NCBI GenBank assembly: GCA_965219575.1
Contig: OZ244779.1
Span: forward strand, 1,516,769-1,580,768
Length of the DNA stretch: 64,000 nt
Source: Candidatus Oxydemutatoraceae bacterium
Lineage (GTDB): Bacteria; Pseudomonadota; Gammaproteobacteria; Poriferisulfidales; Oxydemutatoraceae
Direction of reading: 5' to 3'
The translations under genes and the position numbers were made by a program. This document shows, in pieces, positions 21,438 to 32,327 of the stretch. The notes under the pieces were generated by a model. The model saw only the letters and a program-made list of their open reading frames with translations, searched no databases and was not told the DNA's origin. Position 1 is the first letter of the stretch. Each line of letters starts with the position of its first letter.

Positions 21438-22211
21438 ATGAAACATTTTATCGTTCTTTTAATCGGCATGATTTTAGTTGCCGTAGGCGGTCGGGGGATT
21501 ACCGGTGATGAATTTTCCGATTACCGCAAGAATAACGAAAATTACGACGGCATTTGGAACGGATATTTCGACATCAACGGTCGCGGAAATTTTAAGTTCA
21601 ATGCGCTTTATGTCGCCAATGAACTAATCGCTTTCAGTCCCGATGCCAGAGTTTCATATAAAGGAACGGTTGATATCAAAAACAATGTTTATCACTCCGA
21701 AATGGAAATGTACTTGTTGACCAACGGCGGTTATTTCGACTCGGTGACGCTCGAGGGCAAAGTAATATCACCCGATAAAATAGAAGCTCGTTTTCTGACT
21801 CACGATGCCAAAGATGCCGGCACACTCAAATTGGAAAGAGATAAATCTTTATACGAGAAAGATGCACGGATAAGCAAGGTGAACGATGAATGGATTTATT
21901 ATCACGGTTTTACGATTACGAAATTTACTATCCAGGAAAACGGATACATCGCCGGTGCCGACACCAACGGCTGTGGTTATGAAGGTGAGATCAATGTTAT
22001 CGCACCCGATTATAATGCGTACCGTGTAAAATTATTGCTCAATTCCTGTCACGAATTAGACGGTTTGTATCACGGTATGGCTTATCTACTCGGCAGTGTA
22101 GAAAAAGACGATACACTAAATGTCCAAGTTTATAAAGACGGACAAGCACTCTATCTGCCTATCGTGCGCAACACCAAAGACTCCGAGTCTTCATCGCAAA
22201 ACCCTACTTGA
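21438..22211 (+). CDS. Hypothetical exported beta-rich protein
   Basis: Hydrophobic N-terminus MKHFIVLLIGMILVAV; two beta-rich halves, Cys pair in the second (TNGCGYEG…NSC). Confidence 0.7.
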   Translation: MKHFIVLLIGMILVAVGGRGITGDEFSDYRKNNENYDGIWNGYFDINGRGNFKFNALYVANELIAFSPDARVSYKGTVDIKNNVYHSEMEMYLLTNGGYFDSVTLEGKVISPDKIEARFLTHDAKDAGTLKLERDKSLYEKDARISKVNDEWIYYHGFTITKFTIQENGYIAGADTNGCGYEGEINVIAPDYNAYRVKLLLNSCHELDGLYHGMAYLLGSVEKDDTLNVQVYKDGQALYLPIVRNTKDSESSSQNPT

Positions 22212-22245
22212 ATAACCGGTTGGTAGGCTAACAATATGCTTCGAT

Positions 22246-22321
22246 TGGTGGAGCTAGGCGGGATCGAACCGCCGACCCCTTGCATGCCATGCAAGTGCTC
22301 TCCCAGCTGAGCTATAGCCCC
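22246..22321 (-). tRNA. tRNA-Ala(GGC), CCA encoded
   Basis: GGGGCTATAGCTCAGCTGGGAGAGC…loop ATGGCAT…GGTTCGATCCC…CTCCACCA. Confidence 0.96.
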
Positions 22322-22375
22322 AATCGATATTAAACATTATATCATGTGCATTTGCACCCTAAGGCAACGATAAAA

Positions 22376-23185
22376 TCAGCCTCTTTGACTCGGCAAGATA
22401 CCGCGATGTTTGCCGTCCATACTCGTTTCTATAAATTCAATCAGATGTTTAACCTCGAAGCACTGTTCGGCAACTTGATACTGCTCGTCTATATTCATTT
22501 TATAATCGGCTGGCGAGCGAAGTAATTTCAAATAGCTTTGGTGTAATTTTTGTATAACATCCTCGGAAAAACCGGCTCTTCTCAGCCCGACCTTGTTAAG
22601 CCCGTGCGTTTGTGCCGGAAGTCCGGCAGCGAGTAAATAAGGAGGCAAATCTCTATTCAGGCCGCTTCCCATACCGCCGTATGCGTGTTGTCCTATACGG
22701 CAGAACTGATGTACCATCACAAAGCCGCTCAGCGTGGCGTAATCGCCGACCTCTACATGCCCTGCCAGACTTGCCGCATTGGCAAAAATAGTATGGCTGG
22801 CAATTTTACAATCGTGAGCTATGTGTACATAAGCCATAAAAAAGTTATCATCGGCTATCGTCGTTTGTCCTCCTCCCGCTATCGTTCCGCGGTTGATCGT
22901 GCAATACTCACGAATCGTATTGTTGTCTCCTATTATCAAACGACCACCGCTATTCTCGGGGGTCGGATTGCGGCATCGTTTATCCTGGGGTAATTCTCCT
23001 ATCGAACAAAACTGAAAAATTCGGTTATTGCACCCGATTTGCGTAGATCCTTTGATAATCGTATGCGAACCGATCCGTGTTCCCAACCCTACGGAAACTT
23101 CGGAATCAATGATACTATAAGCACCTACGGATACATCCTCGGCAAGTCTTGCGTCATCGGCAATGATTGCAGTCGGATGTATCAT
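22376..23185 (-). CDS. lpxA: UDP-N-acetylglucosamine acyltransferase
   Basis: IHPTAII hexapeptide repeats, IREYCTINRGT, HIAHDC, HQFCRIG. Confidence 0.95.
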   Translation of the reverse strand: MIHPTAIIADDARLAEDVSVGAYSIIDSEVSVGLGTRIGSHTIIKGSTQIGCNNRIFQFCSIGELPQDKRCRNPTPENSGGRLIIGDNNTIREYCTINRGTIAGGGQTTIADDNFFMAYVHIAHDCKIASHTIFANAASLAGHVEVGDYATLSGFVMVHQFCRIGQHAYGGMGSGLNRDLPPYLLAAGLPAQTHGLNKVGLRRAGFSEDVIQKLHQSYLKLLRSPADYKMNIDEQYQVAEQCFEVKHLIEFIETSMDGKHRGILPSQRG

Positions 23186-23207
23186 AACTGAACACCCCAA
23201 TCCGAGT

Positions 23208-23663
23208 CTATTTCATCATACATTTCAAGGTTGCAACGGCAACTGTTTGCTCGTCCACCAAAGCCAAGCAATGAAACACGGCATAATTTTTCTTAAATTT
23301 TTCTAAGACGACATCCAGCATCAACTGATCGCCGGGCACTACGGGGGCTTTGAATCTTGCTCGCTCGATACCGGCGAGTAAAATGAGCTGTTCGCCACTC
23401 TCGCCGATCGATTGTTCTCTGATATGCGCTTCTTTCAGAAGCAGCAAACACGATGCTTGTGCCATCGCTTCAATAATCAGCACACCCGGCATAACGGCTT
23501 TTTGTGGAAAGTGACCGTTGAAAAAATCTTCGTTAATGGTCACATTTTTAATTGCCTTCAGACGCTTTCCTTTGTTGTATTCAACGACTCGGTCAACCAA
23601 AAGCATCGGAAATCGATGCGGCAATATATGTTTAATTTCTTTTTCAAAATCAAATGAATGCAT
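23208..23663 (-). CDS. fabZ: 3-hydroxyacyl-ACP dehydratase
   Basis: LPHRFPMLLVDRV, GHFP…MPGVLIIEAMAQ. Confidence 0.96.
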   Translation of the reverse strand: MHSFDFEKEIKHILPHRFPMLLVDRVVEYNKGKRLKAIKNVTINEDFFNGHFPQKAVMPGVLIIEAMAQASCLLLLKEAHIREQSIGESGEQLILLAGIERARFKAPVVPGDQLMLDVVLEKFKKNYAVFHCLALVDEQTVAVATLKCMMK

Positions 23664-23673
23664 ATTAATCTTC

Positions 23674-24690
23674 CTATCTTTTATCCGATTTATTCAAATT
23701 ATCAAGTAGTTTATATAACTTCTTGAAATAAATACTATTTTTCAACCATTCACTGTGTTCAACAGGGAGCAAACCAGAACTATAACGTCCTTTTTTTGTA
23801 ATAGATTTATGGATGCGCGTTGCCGGTGTAATCGTCGTGCCGTCGCAAATGCTAATTTGCCCGTTGATCATTGCCGCACCGCCGATTTTACAATCTTTGC
23901 CTATCGTAGTACTGCCGGCGATGCCGGTGCAAGCAGCGATGACTGTCCTGTCTCCTATGCTATCGTTATGGCTGATATGCACCAAATTATCTATTTTGAC
24001 TCCGTTTCCTATGACGGTGCTACCCAAGGTCGCTCTATCTATTGCCGTGTTCGCACCGATCTCTACATCGTCGCCTATTTCCACATTACCCAGATGCTCT
24101 ATCTTCACCCAATCGTCGCCGTCCGGCACGAAACCGAAACCATCGCCACCGATCACCGCACCCGGTTGTATTATGACACGCCGGCCGAGCTTGGTTTTAT
24201 CGGCAAGCACGACATGCGCCTTAAGCAAAGCATTTTCTCCTATATGGCAATGATTTCCTATCGTACAGTTCACTCCGATCGTAACATTATCGGCTAAGAT
24301 ACAATGCCTTCCGATTGCGGCACCTGATCCTATAAAAACACCTTGCCCTATCCGTACGTCGGTTGCAATATCGGCAGTCGGATGGATCGTATTGGTCGGC
24401 GAACGATTGTCGGTTCCGAATAGATGAGTGAGTCGTGCAAAAGCAAGGTATGGATTTTCGCAAAGTAATGCCGGCTGTTTGCACAAGTGTCGGTCTTCGG
24501 GTTTGATTAAAACCGCACCTGCTCGAGTTGTAGCTAGAAAATCTCGTTGCTTGGAATTGGCATAAAACGAAATTTGATTCGGTTGCGCATCGCGCAAACT
24601 TGCAATGCCGTCGATTTCGGTATCCCCCGGTGATTTGGAAACATTAATATGCTCTGCCAGTTCGGCTAAAGAATAAGACCGCTTGGTCAT
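23674..24690 (-). CDS. lpxD: UDP-3-O-acylglucosamine N-acyltransferase
   Basis: NPYLAFA, GGDGFGF, EIGANTAIDR, KIDNLVHISHN. Confidence 0.95.
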   Translation of the reverse strand: MTKRSYSLAELAEHINVSKSPGDTEIDGIASLRDAQPNQISFYANSKQRDFLATTRAGAVLIKPEDRHLCKQPALLCENPYLAFARLTHLFGTDNRSPTNTIHPTADIATDVRIGQGVFIGSGAAIGRHCILADNVTIGVNCTIGNHCHIGENALLKAHVVLADKTKLGRRVIIQPGAVIGGDGFGFVPDGDDWVKIEHLGNVEIGDDVEIGANTAIDRATLGSTVIGNGVKIDNLVHISHNDSIGDRTVIAACTGIAGSTTIGKDCKIGGAAMINGQISICDGTTITPATRIHKSITKKGRYSSGLLPVEHSEWLKNSIYFKKLYKLLDNLNKSDKR

Positions 24691-24704
24691 AGTAGATATA
24701 ACCG

Positions 24705-25229
24705 TTATTTAGCTCGTTTTTCCAATACATCCAGCACTTGATCGGTTAAATTAACTTGATCGTCGGCATAAAGTATAGGCTCGGAGACAACCATATCAAA
24801 ATCCTTTCTCTTTGCCAACTCTTTGATAATCTCCAGAACCTCTTGTTGTATCTTAGCCTGCTCTTCGGTGCGCCGTTTATTGAATTCCTCCTTAAATTCT
24901 TCCCGTCTTTCCTTGAATTCCCGTTTCATAGAAATAATCCTCGCTTGCAGACGTTCTCTTTTTTCTTCGTCCATATTTCGCGACGAGCGTCTGAGTAAAA
25001 TTTCACCCTTTCTGATATCGTCTTCCAGCTCCAGTAATTGGGCATCTTTTTTGTCAAACTCCGCTTCCAAGCGTTCAACTGCGGCGATAGATTGGGGGGC
25101 TTTCTGCATCACGATAGAGATATTGACGAAGCCCACGCCTGCCGCAGAACTACTCGTATTGATCAGTAAAGCTACGATCAAAATAAACCCTTTCAAGGGT
25201 ATATCGTTGTTTTTTATGGTCATATTCAT
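24705..25229 (-). CDS. skp: Periplasmic chaperone Skp/OmpH
   Basis: Signal peptide, VGFVN, long coiled coil, position between bamA and lpxD. Confidence 0.9.
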   Translation of the reverse strand: MNMTIKNNDIPLKGFILIVALLINTSSSAAGVGFVNISIVMQKAPQSIAAVERLEAEFDKKDAQLLELEDDIRKGEILLRRSSRNMDEEKRERLQARIISMKREFKERREEFKEEFNKRRTEEQAKIQQEVLEIIKELAKRKDFDMVVSEPILYADDQVNLTDQVLDVLEKRAK

Positions 25230-25232
25230 TGC

Positions 25233-27557
25233 TTAAAAATTGGTTCCTAAATCGAATTGAAAACTCTCGGTTCTATCTTCACTCTGATCATTATACTGCG
25301 TTGCGAAGTTAAAAGTAACCGCACCGATCGCGGTTATCCAACTTACATTAACCCCTATGGCACCTCGCAACTCGGAAAAATCAAAATCGCTAAAATCCTC
25401 GAAAACATTGCCGATATCGCTGAAAATACTTGCGCGTAGTCGTTTGGGGTCGTATAAAAAGCCGGTCGGAAAGTACAAATCAAAATTTCCCACCGCCCTA
25501 AAATTACCACCCTCGGCACGATCGAGCCTGTCTCTGGGACCTAATGAATTATTCAAGTAACCGCGAACCGTTTTGGTTCCTCCGGCGAAAAAGCGATCGG
25601 TGCACGGTACTTCCGGCGTATCACCGTATTTATCGGCGTACGATAACAACAACCTAGGCGCAAAAACAAAATCCTTATCGTCGTCTAAAGGAAAAAAATG
25701 CCGATGCGAGTAATTCGCCTTATAATATTTCAAACCGCTACCCGGTCCGTAGACTTCTAAATTGGTCGATATCCTTGCGCCGTCGGTAGGGAATAGCGAA
25801 CTGTTCCGAGTATCGTAAGCCACGCCTGCGGTGACGGCATAATTTCTGAACACATAATACTCGAAATCTTCGTCTTCTCTACCCAGACACTCTCTCAAAC
25901 TGCTAAAACGATTCCCCACGAACCGTCTATCCAGACTATCCTCGTAGCGAACTTCTTCCCACCGTATACCCAGTCCCAGGGTATCCACTTCGGAGATAGG
26001 AATACCGTAATGCACCCCCAAATTAATCTCATCGGTATCTATATAAGAGACATCTCTCTCACCGTAGTCGGTTGAACTATAACTCGCCGACAAAGTGCGG
26101 CTCACGCCGTCTATGGTATAGTTCGGGTCGGTAAATCGCAACGCATAACGCGTGTTTGACTTGCTATTATTGAAGACCGTACTGACTCGATTACCGGTGC
26201 CTAAAAAATTAGACTGGCTCAGTTGCAAACTCACCACCGCACCGTCACTATCCGAAAATCCCGCACCTATATTAAAACTTCCCGATTTACGTTCCTCTAC
26301 CTCAAAACTTAAATCGAGCTGATTAGTCGACCCTTCGACCGGGGTTTCTTCTATCTTTACACCACTCACAAAAGGTAATCGTTGCAGTCTCTTTTTAGAG
26401 AGTTCTATCTTCTGCGCCGAATAAGGCGCACTCTCGATCTGTCTCAATTCGTGTCTGAACACTTCACCGTCGGTCGCCATATTACCGTGTATGTTGATAC
26501 GCCGCACATAAGTCAACGGACCGGGGTTCGGAAAAAAAGTCACATCGACGGTATTATTTTCGCTATCGGGTTGAGGAATGGCATCGACTTTGGCCGATGC
26601 ATAACCTCGATCTTTTAGAATATTGCCGATTTGGGCACTCGCTCTCAATGCTTCTCGACGCGAAAAAATTTCATCTTTTTTAATACGCTCGTTTATTATT
26701 CCGGTGATTTTACCTCGCTCGGGTACGGAGACCGAAGCAAGATTGGCCTTGTCGATACGATACGGTTGCCCCTCTCTTATTTTGATTAAAACATCGATAA
26801 AACGCCGATCGGGTGTCAGTGTCACTTTGGTCTCTTCGACGGCAAAATCCAAATAGCCCCTATCCTGATAAAAAGCTTGCAATGATTCTATATCCGCTGC
26901 CAGCTTAAATCTGGAGTACTTATCTTGGTCTTTCCAAAATTCGTACCATTTTTTGTTTCCCGACTCGAAATTCTCTATCAACAGCTTCTTGGGTAAACGG
27001 CGATTTCCTATGATTTCGATGTTTCTGACGCGAGTAGTCTCGTTTTCGTTGATTCGCACGACAAGGTTGATCTGATTGTCGGGTAGTGCTAGGGTATCTA
27101 TGTTGATATTGACGGCATACTTTCCCAGTGCATGATACTGCTTTCGAAGTTCCTGCTTAATTCTATCAAAAGTGGCATATTTGTAGATGCGCCCGGGGGC
27201 AATATCGTTAACTTCCAGGGCTTCCAATATCGCTTCTTCCGGTACTTCGTCGCTTCCTTCTACATAAATCGCAGCGATGCCCGGCCTTTCGCTAACGATA
27301 ATATATAAGCGATTCCGATCGTAGCGTAATTCTACTTCCTCAAAGTAACCTTCCGCATATAGCGACCGAATCAACTCCGGAGAATTCGAAAAATCAAAAT
27401 AATCGTTGATACGAAACGGTAGTATCAAAAAGATACTACTTGCATCGACACGATTGAGGCCCTTTATTTCTATATCTTGGATAACGAAGCCGTCGGCATG
27501 AACAACGCCGTATAAAGCGATTAGAATAACGGTTAAAAATTCACGAACGAACTTCAA
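25233..27557 (-). CDS. bamA: Outer-membrane protein assembly factor BamA
   Basis: POTRA repeats, NFLGTGN, VRGY, C-terminal FQFDLGTNF. Confidence 0.95.
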   Translation of the reverse strand: MKFVREFLTVILIALYGVVHADGFVIQDIEIKGLNRVDASSIFLILPFRINDYFDFSNSPELIRSLYAEGYFEEVELRYDRNRLYIIVSERPGIAAIYVEGSDEVPEEAILEALEVNDIAPGRIYKYATFDRIKQELRKQYHALGKYAVNINIDTLALPDNQINLVVRINENETTRVRNIEIIGNRRLPKKLLIENFESGNKKWYEFWKDQDKYSRFKLAADIESLQAFYQDRGYLDFAVEETKVTLTPDRRFIDVLIKIREGQPYRIDKANLASVSVPERGKITGIINERIKKDEIFSRREALRASAQIGNILKDRGYASAKVDAIPQPDSENNTVDVTFFPNPGPLTYVRRINIHGNMATDGEVFRHELRQIESAPYSAQKIELSKKRLQRLPFVSGVKIEETPVEGSTNQLDLSFEVEERKSGSFNIGAGFSDSDGAVVSLQLSQSNFLGTGNRVSTVFNNSKSNTRYALRFTDPNYTIDGVSRTLSASYSSTDYGERDVSYIDTDEINLGVHYGIPISEVDTLGLGIRWEEVRYEDSLDRRFVGNRFSSLRECLGREDEDFEYYVFRNYAVTAGVAYDTRNSSLFPTDGARISTNLEVYGPGSGLKYYKANYSHRHFFPLDDDKDFVFAPRLLLSYADKYGDTPEVPCTDRFFAGGTKTVRGYLNNSLGPRDRLDRAEGGNFRAVGNFDLYFPTGFLYDPKRLRASIFSDIGNVFEDFSDFDFSELRGAIGVNVSWITAIGAVTFNFATQYNDQSEDRTESFQFDLGTNF

Positions 27558-27573
27558 TAATATCCACCCTTAA

Positions 27574-28941
27574 TCAAGAACCCAACAGACGTTGTAGATC
27601 GTTGTACAAAGCCAGCACTATCAAAGAACCGATCATTACCATACCGACCAACTGGGCTTTGGCTTGCGCCGCTATGGACAGTGGCTTGCCGGCGATAAAT
27701 TCCCATAAGTAGTGCAATAAATGACCGCCGTCCAATACCGGCACAGGAAGTAAATTGAGTACGCCGATACTGATGCTGATTATCGCCAGCACACTCAGAT
27801 AGCTCACGATACCCAATAGAAAAGAAACACCGGCAACCTCGGCGATGGTGACCGGACCGCTGATATTGGAAAGCGATACCGAGCCGGTGATCATGTGCCC
27901 AATAAACTTAAAAGTCAGTATCGTCATCGTCCAGGTTTGCTGTGCAGCTTTTACAATCGAATCGAACAAACCATAACGTATATGAACCCGATAAGGTTCA
28001 AACAGCGATGCCGGGCTATGCACTACGATCCCGGCCTTACCGATCGAATTCTCTCCTTGCACCTGCGCATCGGGTCTAAAATCTATCGTCATTTCTTGTC
28101 CGTCTCGAAGAATCGTTAATTCTACCGATGTATCGGGATTGGCTCGTATTTGTTCGGTCAACCGGCTCCAATTATCTACGGGCAATCCGTCGAACCGAAC
28201 AATGCGATCGTTTTTGATTAAGCCGTAGCGTTCCGCCGCACTGCCTGCCAATACTTCGCCGACGATTGCTTCCAATTCCGGTTGCATCAAAGTCATACCC
28301 AATTTTTCGAACGGCGAACGACTTTCGTCATTAATAAATGTCTCGTTATCTATTTCCAATGTATGTTGTCTACGATTGCCATTTCCGGCAACGACCTCCA
28401 CCGTAATACGAGGACTACCCAAAGCAGCTTCGATAATGGCAAGCATCGTCTGTCTAGTTCCCTGCACCGTACGACCTTCGACGGCATAAATCTCGTCTCC
28501 TCTCTGCAAGCCGGCATTGATCGCCGCACCTTGGGGTTCCATTTCTCCTACGATGACCCGACGCTCGAAAGAACCCACCATGAACACGACGATGTAAAGT
28601 AAGAACGCCAGTATGAAGTTTGCCAGCGGTCCTGCGGCAACAACCAAAGCTCGTATACCCAAGGACTGACGATTGAATGCTCTGTGTGCTTCTTCGGCAG
28701 GCACTTCACCCTCGCGCTCGTCGAGCATTTTCACATAGCCTCCTAAGGGAATACTGCCGACTATAAAATCGCTTTTGTCGGGACCGAATTTTCTGCTGTA
28801 TATCGCCTTACCGAAACCTATTGCAAAGCGTAGAATCTTGACATTCGCTCTGCGAGCAACCCAATAATGTCCGAATTCATGGAATGCAATCAGTATGGTA
28901 ATTGCTATGAGAAATCCGACGGCACCGATAATGTAATCCAT
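27574..28941 (-). CDS. rseP: RIP metalloprotease RseP
   Basis: HEFGH, PLGGYVKM, two PDZ-like domains, NLLPVPVLDGG. Confidence 0.96.
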   Translation of the reverse strand: MDYIIGAVGFLIAITILIAFHEFGHYWVARRANVKILRFAIGFGKAIYSRKFGPDKSDFIVGSIPLGGYVKMLDEREGEVPAEEAHRAFNRQSLGIRALVVAAGPLANFILAFLLYIVVFMVGSFERRVIVGEMEPQGAAINAGLQRGDEIYAVEGRTVQGTRQTMLAIIEAALGSPRITVEVVAGNGNRRQHTLEIDNETFINDESRSPFEKLGMTLMQPELEAIVGEVLAGSAAERYGLIKNDRIVRFDGLPVDNWSRLTEQIRANPDTSVELTILRDGQEMTIDFRPDAQVQGENSIGKAGIVVHSPASLFEPYRVHIRYGLFDSIVKAAQQTWTMTILTFKFIGHMITGSVSLSNISGPVTIAEVAGVSFLLGIVSYLSVLAIISISIGVLNLLPVPVLDGGHLLHYLWEFIAGKPLSIAAQAKAQLVGMVMIGSLIVLALYNDLQRLLGS

Positions 28942-28997
28942 AATAGTCTCCTGGTTAGCTTCATATTATAGCGATATTTCAATAAATCATATCAAAT

Positions 28998-30233
28998 TTA
29001 CCGGATTATATGACGATTAGTCCGGTTATCGGGAAAAAAGACGACATTACTCCTATCTCTATTGATGAGGGTTTTAGTGAGACGGCGAGTACGACGGTCT
29101 ATTTCTAGAATATGCTCCAAACCATCGGCATTTTCAAAAGTGCTCTCTTCCATGAGTTCGGAGCATATCGTCGCGATGCAATCAAAGTTGATGCGACCAT
29201 CCAAAAAAGCACTTACCGCCTCTTCGTTTGCCGCATTCAGAACGATAGGCGCACTGGCTCCTATTTGCATCGCATCGTAAGCCAAAGATAAACAAGGAAA
29301 TCGTTCGTGGTCGACCGCATAAAATTCCAATTTTCCGCACCGTTCGAGGTCTAGATAAGTATGCGCTTGATCGAATAAGCGTTCCGGTTGCGCTAAAGAA
29401 TACGCAATAGGAATACGCATATCCGGTTTTGATAATTGTGCAATAACCGAGCCGTCCTTCATCTCGACCAAACCGTGCACGATACTCTGCGGGTGTATCA
29501 AAACTTTGATTCGCGATAATTCCATATCGAATAACCAACGCGCTTCTATGACCTCCAGCCCTTTATTCATCAAAGTTGCCGAATCCACCGAGATTTTAGC
29601 CCCCATATTCCAGTTGGGATGGGCGCACGCTTGCTCGGGTGTTGCTTGATGCAATTTTCCCAGCGGCCAATTCAGCAACGGTCCACCCGAAGCGGTTAGC
29701 GTAATGTGCCTGACTTCTATACCGGCTCTTGAACTATTGCCCAAGCACTGAAAAATTGCATTGTGTTCGCTGTCTATGGGTAGTAATTCTGCCGAATATT
29801 TTTTCACGGTTTGCATCAGCAAAGTACCGGCGACAACCAAGGCTTCTTTGTTAGCAAACAAAATTCTTTTACCCGCTTGCGCCGCACTCAAAACGGACTG
29901 TAAGCCGGCCATACCCGAAACGCCGGTAACGATAGTGTCATAGTCTCCATCGATAATCAGATCGTCGAGCATGGTCTGTGGCAGCACCTGGGTAGGTAAT
30001 TTGTATTTTTGTAATAAGGCTTGTAACTCGACGAGCTGATTTTTATCGGAAAGTATTGCGTAGCTCGGCTTAAATTCTAAGCATTGCTCGGCTATTTTTT
30101 CTGCAGAACTGTAAGCAGTTAAAGCAAATACCTCATAATGGTTAGAGCGTGACCGTATCACATCCAAAGTCTGCATCCCGATACTACCGGTAGAACCCAA
30201 TACGATAATTTTTCTGCTACCCGAACTAATCAT
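28998..30233 (-). CDS. dxr: 1-deoxy-D-xylulose-5-phosphate reductoisomerase
   Basis: LGSTGSIG, ANKEAL, PIDSEHNAIFQ, HPNWNMGAKISVDSATLMNKGLE. Confidence 0.97.
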   Translation of the reverse strand: MISSGSRKIIVLGSTGSIGMQTLDVIRSRSNHYEVFALTAYSSAEKIAEQCLEFKPSYAILSDKNQLVELQALLQKYKLPTQVLPQTMLDDLIIDGDYDTIVTGVSGMAGLQSVLSAAQAGKRILFANKEALVVAGTLLMQTVKKYSAELLPIDSEHNAIFQCLGNSSRAGIEVRHITLTASGGPLLNWPLGKLHQATPEQACAHPNWNMGAKISVDSATLMNKGLEVIEARWLFDMELSRIKVLIHPQSIVHGLVEMKDGSVIAQLSKPDMRIPIAYSLAQPERLFDQAHTYLDLERCGKLEFYAVDHERFPCLSLAYDAMQIGASAPIVLNAANEEAVSAFLDGRINFDCIATICSELMEESTFENADGLEHILEIDRRTRRLTKTLINRDRSNVVFFPDNRTNRHIIR

Positions 30234-30244
30234 CTCTTAAACCC

Positions 30245-31063
30245 TCAAAGATATAAAACGCCCAATGCAATAACCGGTGCCACGGCGATGAATGCATCCA
30301 ATCTATCGAGTAGACCGCCGTGTCCCGGCAATACATTACCGCTGTCTTTGACACCGGCACATCGCTTAGCCATACTCTCGGTCAAATCCCCTACGACACC
30401 TGCGATACAAGCGATCAAGCTCAAAAGCGTCCATGATACCACATTCAACGGCGTGCTATTCTCGAAGAACAAAATTGCGGTTGATAAACTCAAAATCGTC
30501 GTAGCAAACAGCGCACCCCAAAATCCTTCCTTGGTTTTTCCCGGGCTGATTGTCGGAGCAAGTTTGTTTTTGCCCATCCGGCGACCTACATAGTAAGCCG
30601 AAGTATCGCTAACGATAACCAATATCACCGCATATAACAGTAAAGCCCAAGCCATTCGATGCAACAGATAGACAGCGACACCACAAGCCGCCAGCGCAAC
30701 GACGATATGAAGCGATAAAAACCATCTGAAAATCGTGTTTGCAGACAATTTTCGGTCATAAAAAATGCCGATCAACAGTGCTATAAACCACCATATCGCA
30801 GCGACATACAGGATTATTTTGTTATCGTAATAAATAGACGACGATGCGAGAAACAAGGTGCCGAGTGCGCTTATCGATAGATACAAGCGTTGCTTATTCT
30901 CACTATCTTTATACATCAACCGTCCCCACTCATAAACGGCTAATACACCGAGCAATGCAAAAATACCGGTGATCGTCGGACTCGGTAAAGCGATAATACA
31001 AAATACGATAACGGCCGATAATACGCTACCGACCGCTAATCTTTGTGTGTGTTGATTCATCAA
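30245..31063 (-). CDS. cdsA: Phosphatidate cytidylyltransferase
   Basis: SPGKTKEG, KRCAGVKDSG…LPGHGGLLDRLD. Confidence 0.95.
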   Translation of the reverse strand: MMNQHTQRLAVGSVLSAVIVFCIIALPSPTITGIFALLGVLAVYEWGRLMYKDSENKQRLYLSISALGTLFLASSSIYYDNKIILYVAAIWWFIALLIGIFYDRKLSANTIFRWFLSLHIVVALAACGVAVYLLHRMAWALLLYAVILVIVSDTSAYYVGRRMGKNKLAPTISPGKTKEGFWGALFATTILSLSTAILFFENSTPLNVVSWTLLSLIACIAGVVGDLTESMAKRCAGVKDSGNVLPGHGGLLDRLDAFIAVAPVIALGVLYL

Positions 31064-31764
31064 TCGGTCACACCGCCGAAACGTCTTTGCCTGAGGCTAA
31101 ACCAGTCCAACGCTTTGAGAAACTCTGCGCGACGAAAATCCGGCCATAAAATTTCGCTGAAATATAACTCTGCATAAGCACTTTGCCACAACAAAAAATT
31201 ACTGATGCGAGACTCACCACCGGTGCGAATCATCAGGTCTACATTGCCCACACTATTGCATCTCAGATATTCGCATATTTTGGCTTGTATCGTCGAATGA
31301 TCGGATAACTCCTGGTTTTGACCGTACAGATATTTCACTGCGTTGGCAATATCCCATCGTCCGCCGTAGTTTAATGCGATATTCAGGCGTAACTTATCGA
31401 GTTTTGCGGTTATTTTTTCGGCATGGATTATCTCCTCTACGATGCTTTCGTCGAAGGCCGATATATCTCCTATAAAGCGTACCCGTACTTGGTTTTTTAT
31501 CAAGTCATCCAACTCGGCTGCCAAAGTTTCTTTGAACAACCTCAATAAAGCGTTGACCTCCATCGAAGGCCTAGACCAGTTTTCGCTACTAAAGGTATAA
31601 AGTGTAAGTTCGGGAATTTGATATTCAACTGCGAGTTCTACGACTCTTCTCGTACTTTTAACTCCCATTCGGTGTCCGTAAATTCTGCTTTTCCCGAGAA
31701 GTTTTGCCCACCGCCCGTTACCGTCCATGATAATCGCAATATGCCGAGGCACAGGCTTATCCAT
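31060..31764 (-). CDS. uppS: Undecaprenyl diphosphate synthase
   Basis: HIAIIMDGNGRWA, FSSENW, RTGGESRISNFLLWQ. Confidence 0.97.
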   Translation of the reverse strand: MDKPVPRHIAIIMDGNGRWAKLLGKSRIYGHRMGVKSTRRVVELAVEYQIPELTLYTFSSENWSRPSMEVNALLRLFKETLAAELDDLIKNQVRVRFIGDISAFDESIVEEIIHAEKITAKLDKLRLNIALNYGGRWDIANAVKYLYGQNQELSDHSTIQAKICEYLRCNSVGNVDLMIRTGGESRISNFLLWQSAYAELYFSEILWPDFRRAEFLKALDWFSLRQRRFGGVTD

Positions 31765-31771
31765 TTTAGGT

Positions 31772-32323
31772 CTAAATCTCCATTAATTCTTTTTCCTTCT
31801 GCTCCAGTAAATGGTCTATTTGCTTGACATAATCGGCGGTTAATTTCTCGATGCGAGTATGAAACGCCTGTTCTTCGTCTTGACTGATTTCTTTGGCTTT
31901 GGTCTGCTGTTTTAATTGCTGATTGCTATCGCGACGAATGTTGCGTATCGCAATTTTAGCGGTCTCGCCGTATTGTCTGACGATTTTGTTCAGTTCTTTG
32001 CGCCGCTCTTCGTTGAGTTGCGGCATCGGCACTCGTATCACATTTCCTTTGACTACCGGATTGAGTCCCAGATTTGCGCTCGAGATCGCTTTTTCAACGG
32101 CACCGATACTCTCTTTTTCCCACACCTTGAGAGTCAAAGTTCTTGCATCTTCGGTAGTAATGCTTGAGATCTGGTTGATCGGTGTTTTAGAACCGTAGTA
32201 TTCCACGGTGATATGATCGAGTAGGCTCGGGTTGGCACGCCCGGTCCTGATTTTCGTCAAATCACTTGTCAGCGAATCGATACTTTTCTCCATTTTAATT
32301 TTGGTATCGTCTATGATGTCCAT
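31772..32323 (-). CDS. frr: Ribosome recycling factor
   Basis: IRTGRANP, LNEERRKEL, AIRNIRRD. Confidence 0.97.
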   Translation of the reverse strand: MDIIDDTKIKMEKSIDSLTSDLTKIRTGRANPSLLDHITVEYYGSKTPINQISSITTEDARTLTLKVWEKESIGAVEKAISSANLGLNPVVKGNVIRVPMPQLNEERRKELNKIVRQYGETAKIAIRNIRRDSNQQLKQQTKAKEISQDEEQAFHTRIEKLTADYVKQIDHLLEQKEKELMEI

Positions 32324-32327
32324 CGTT

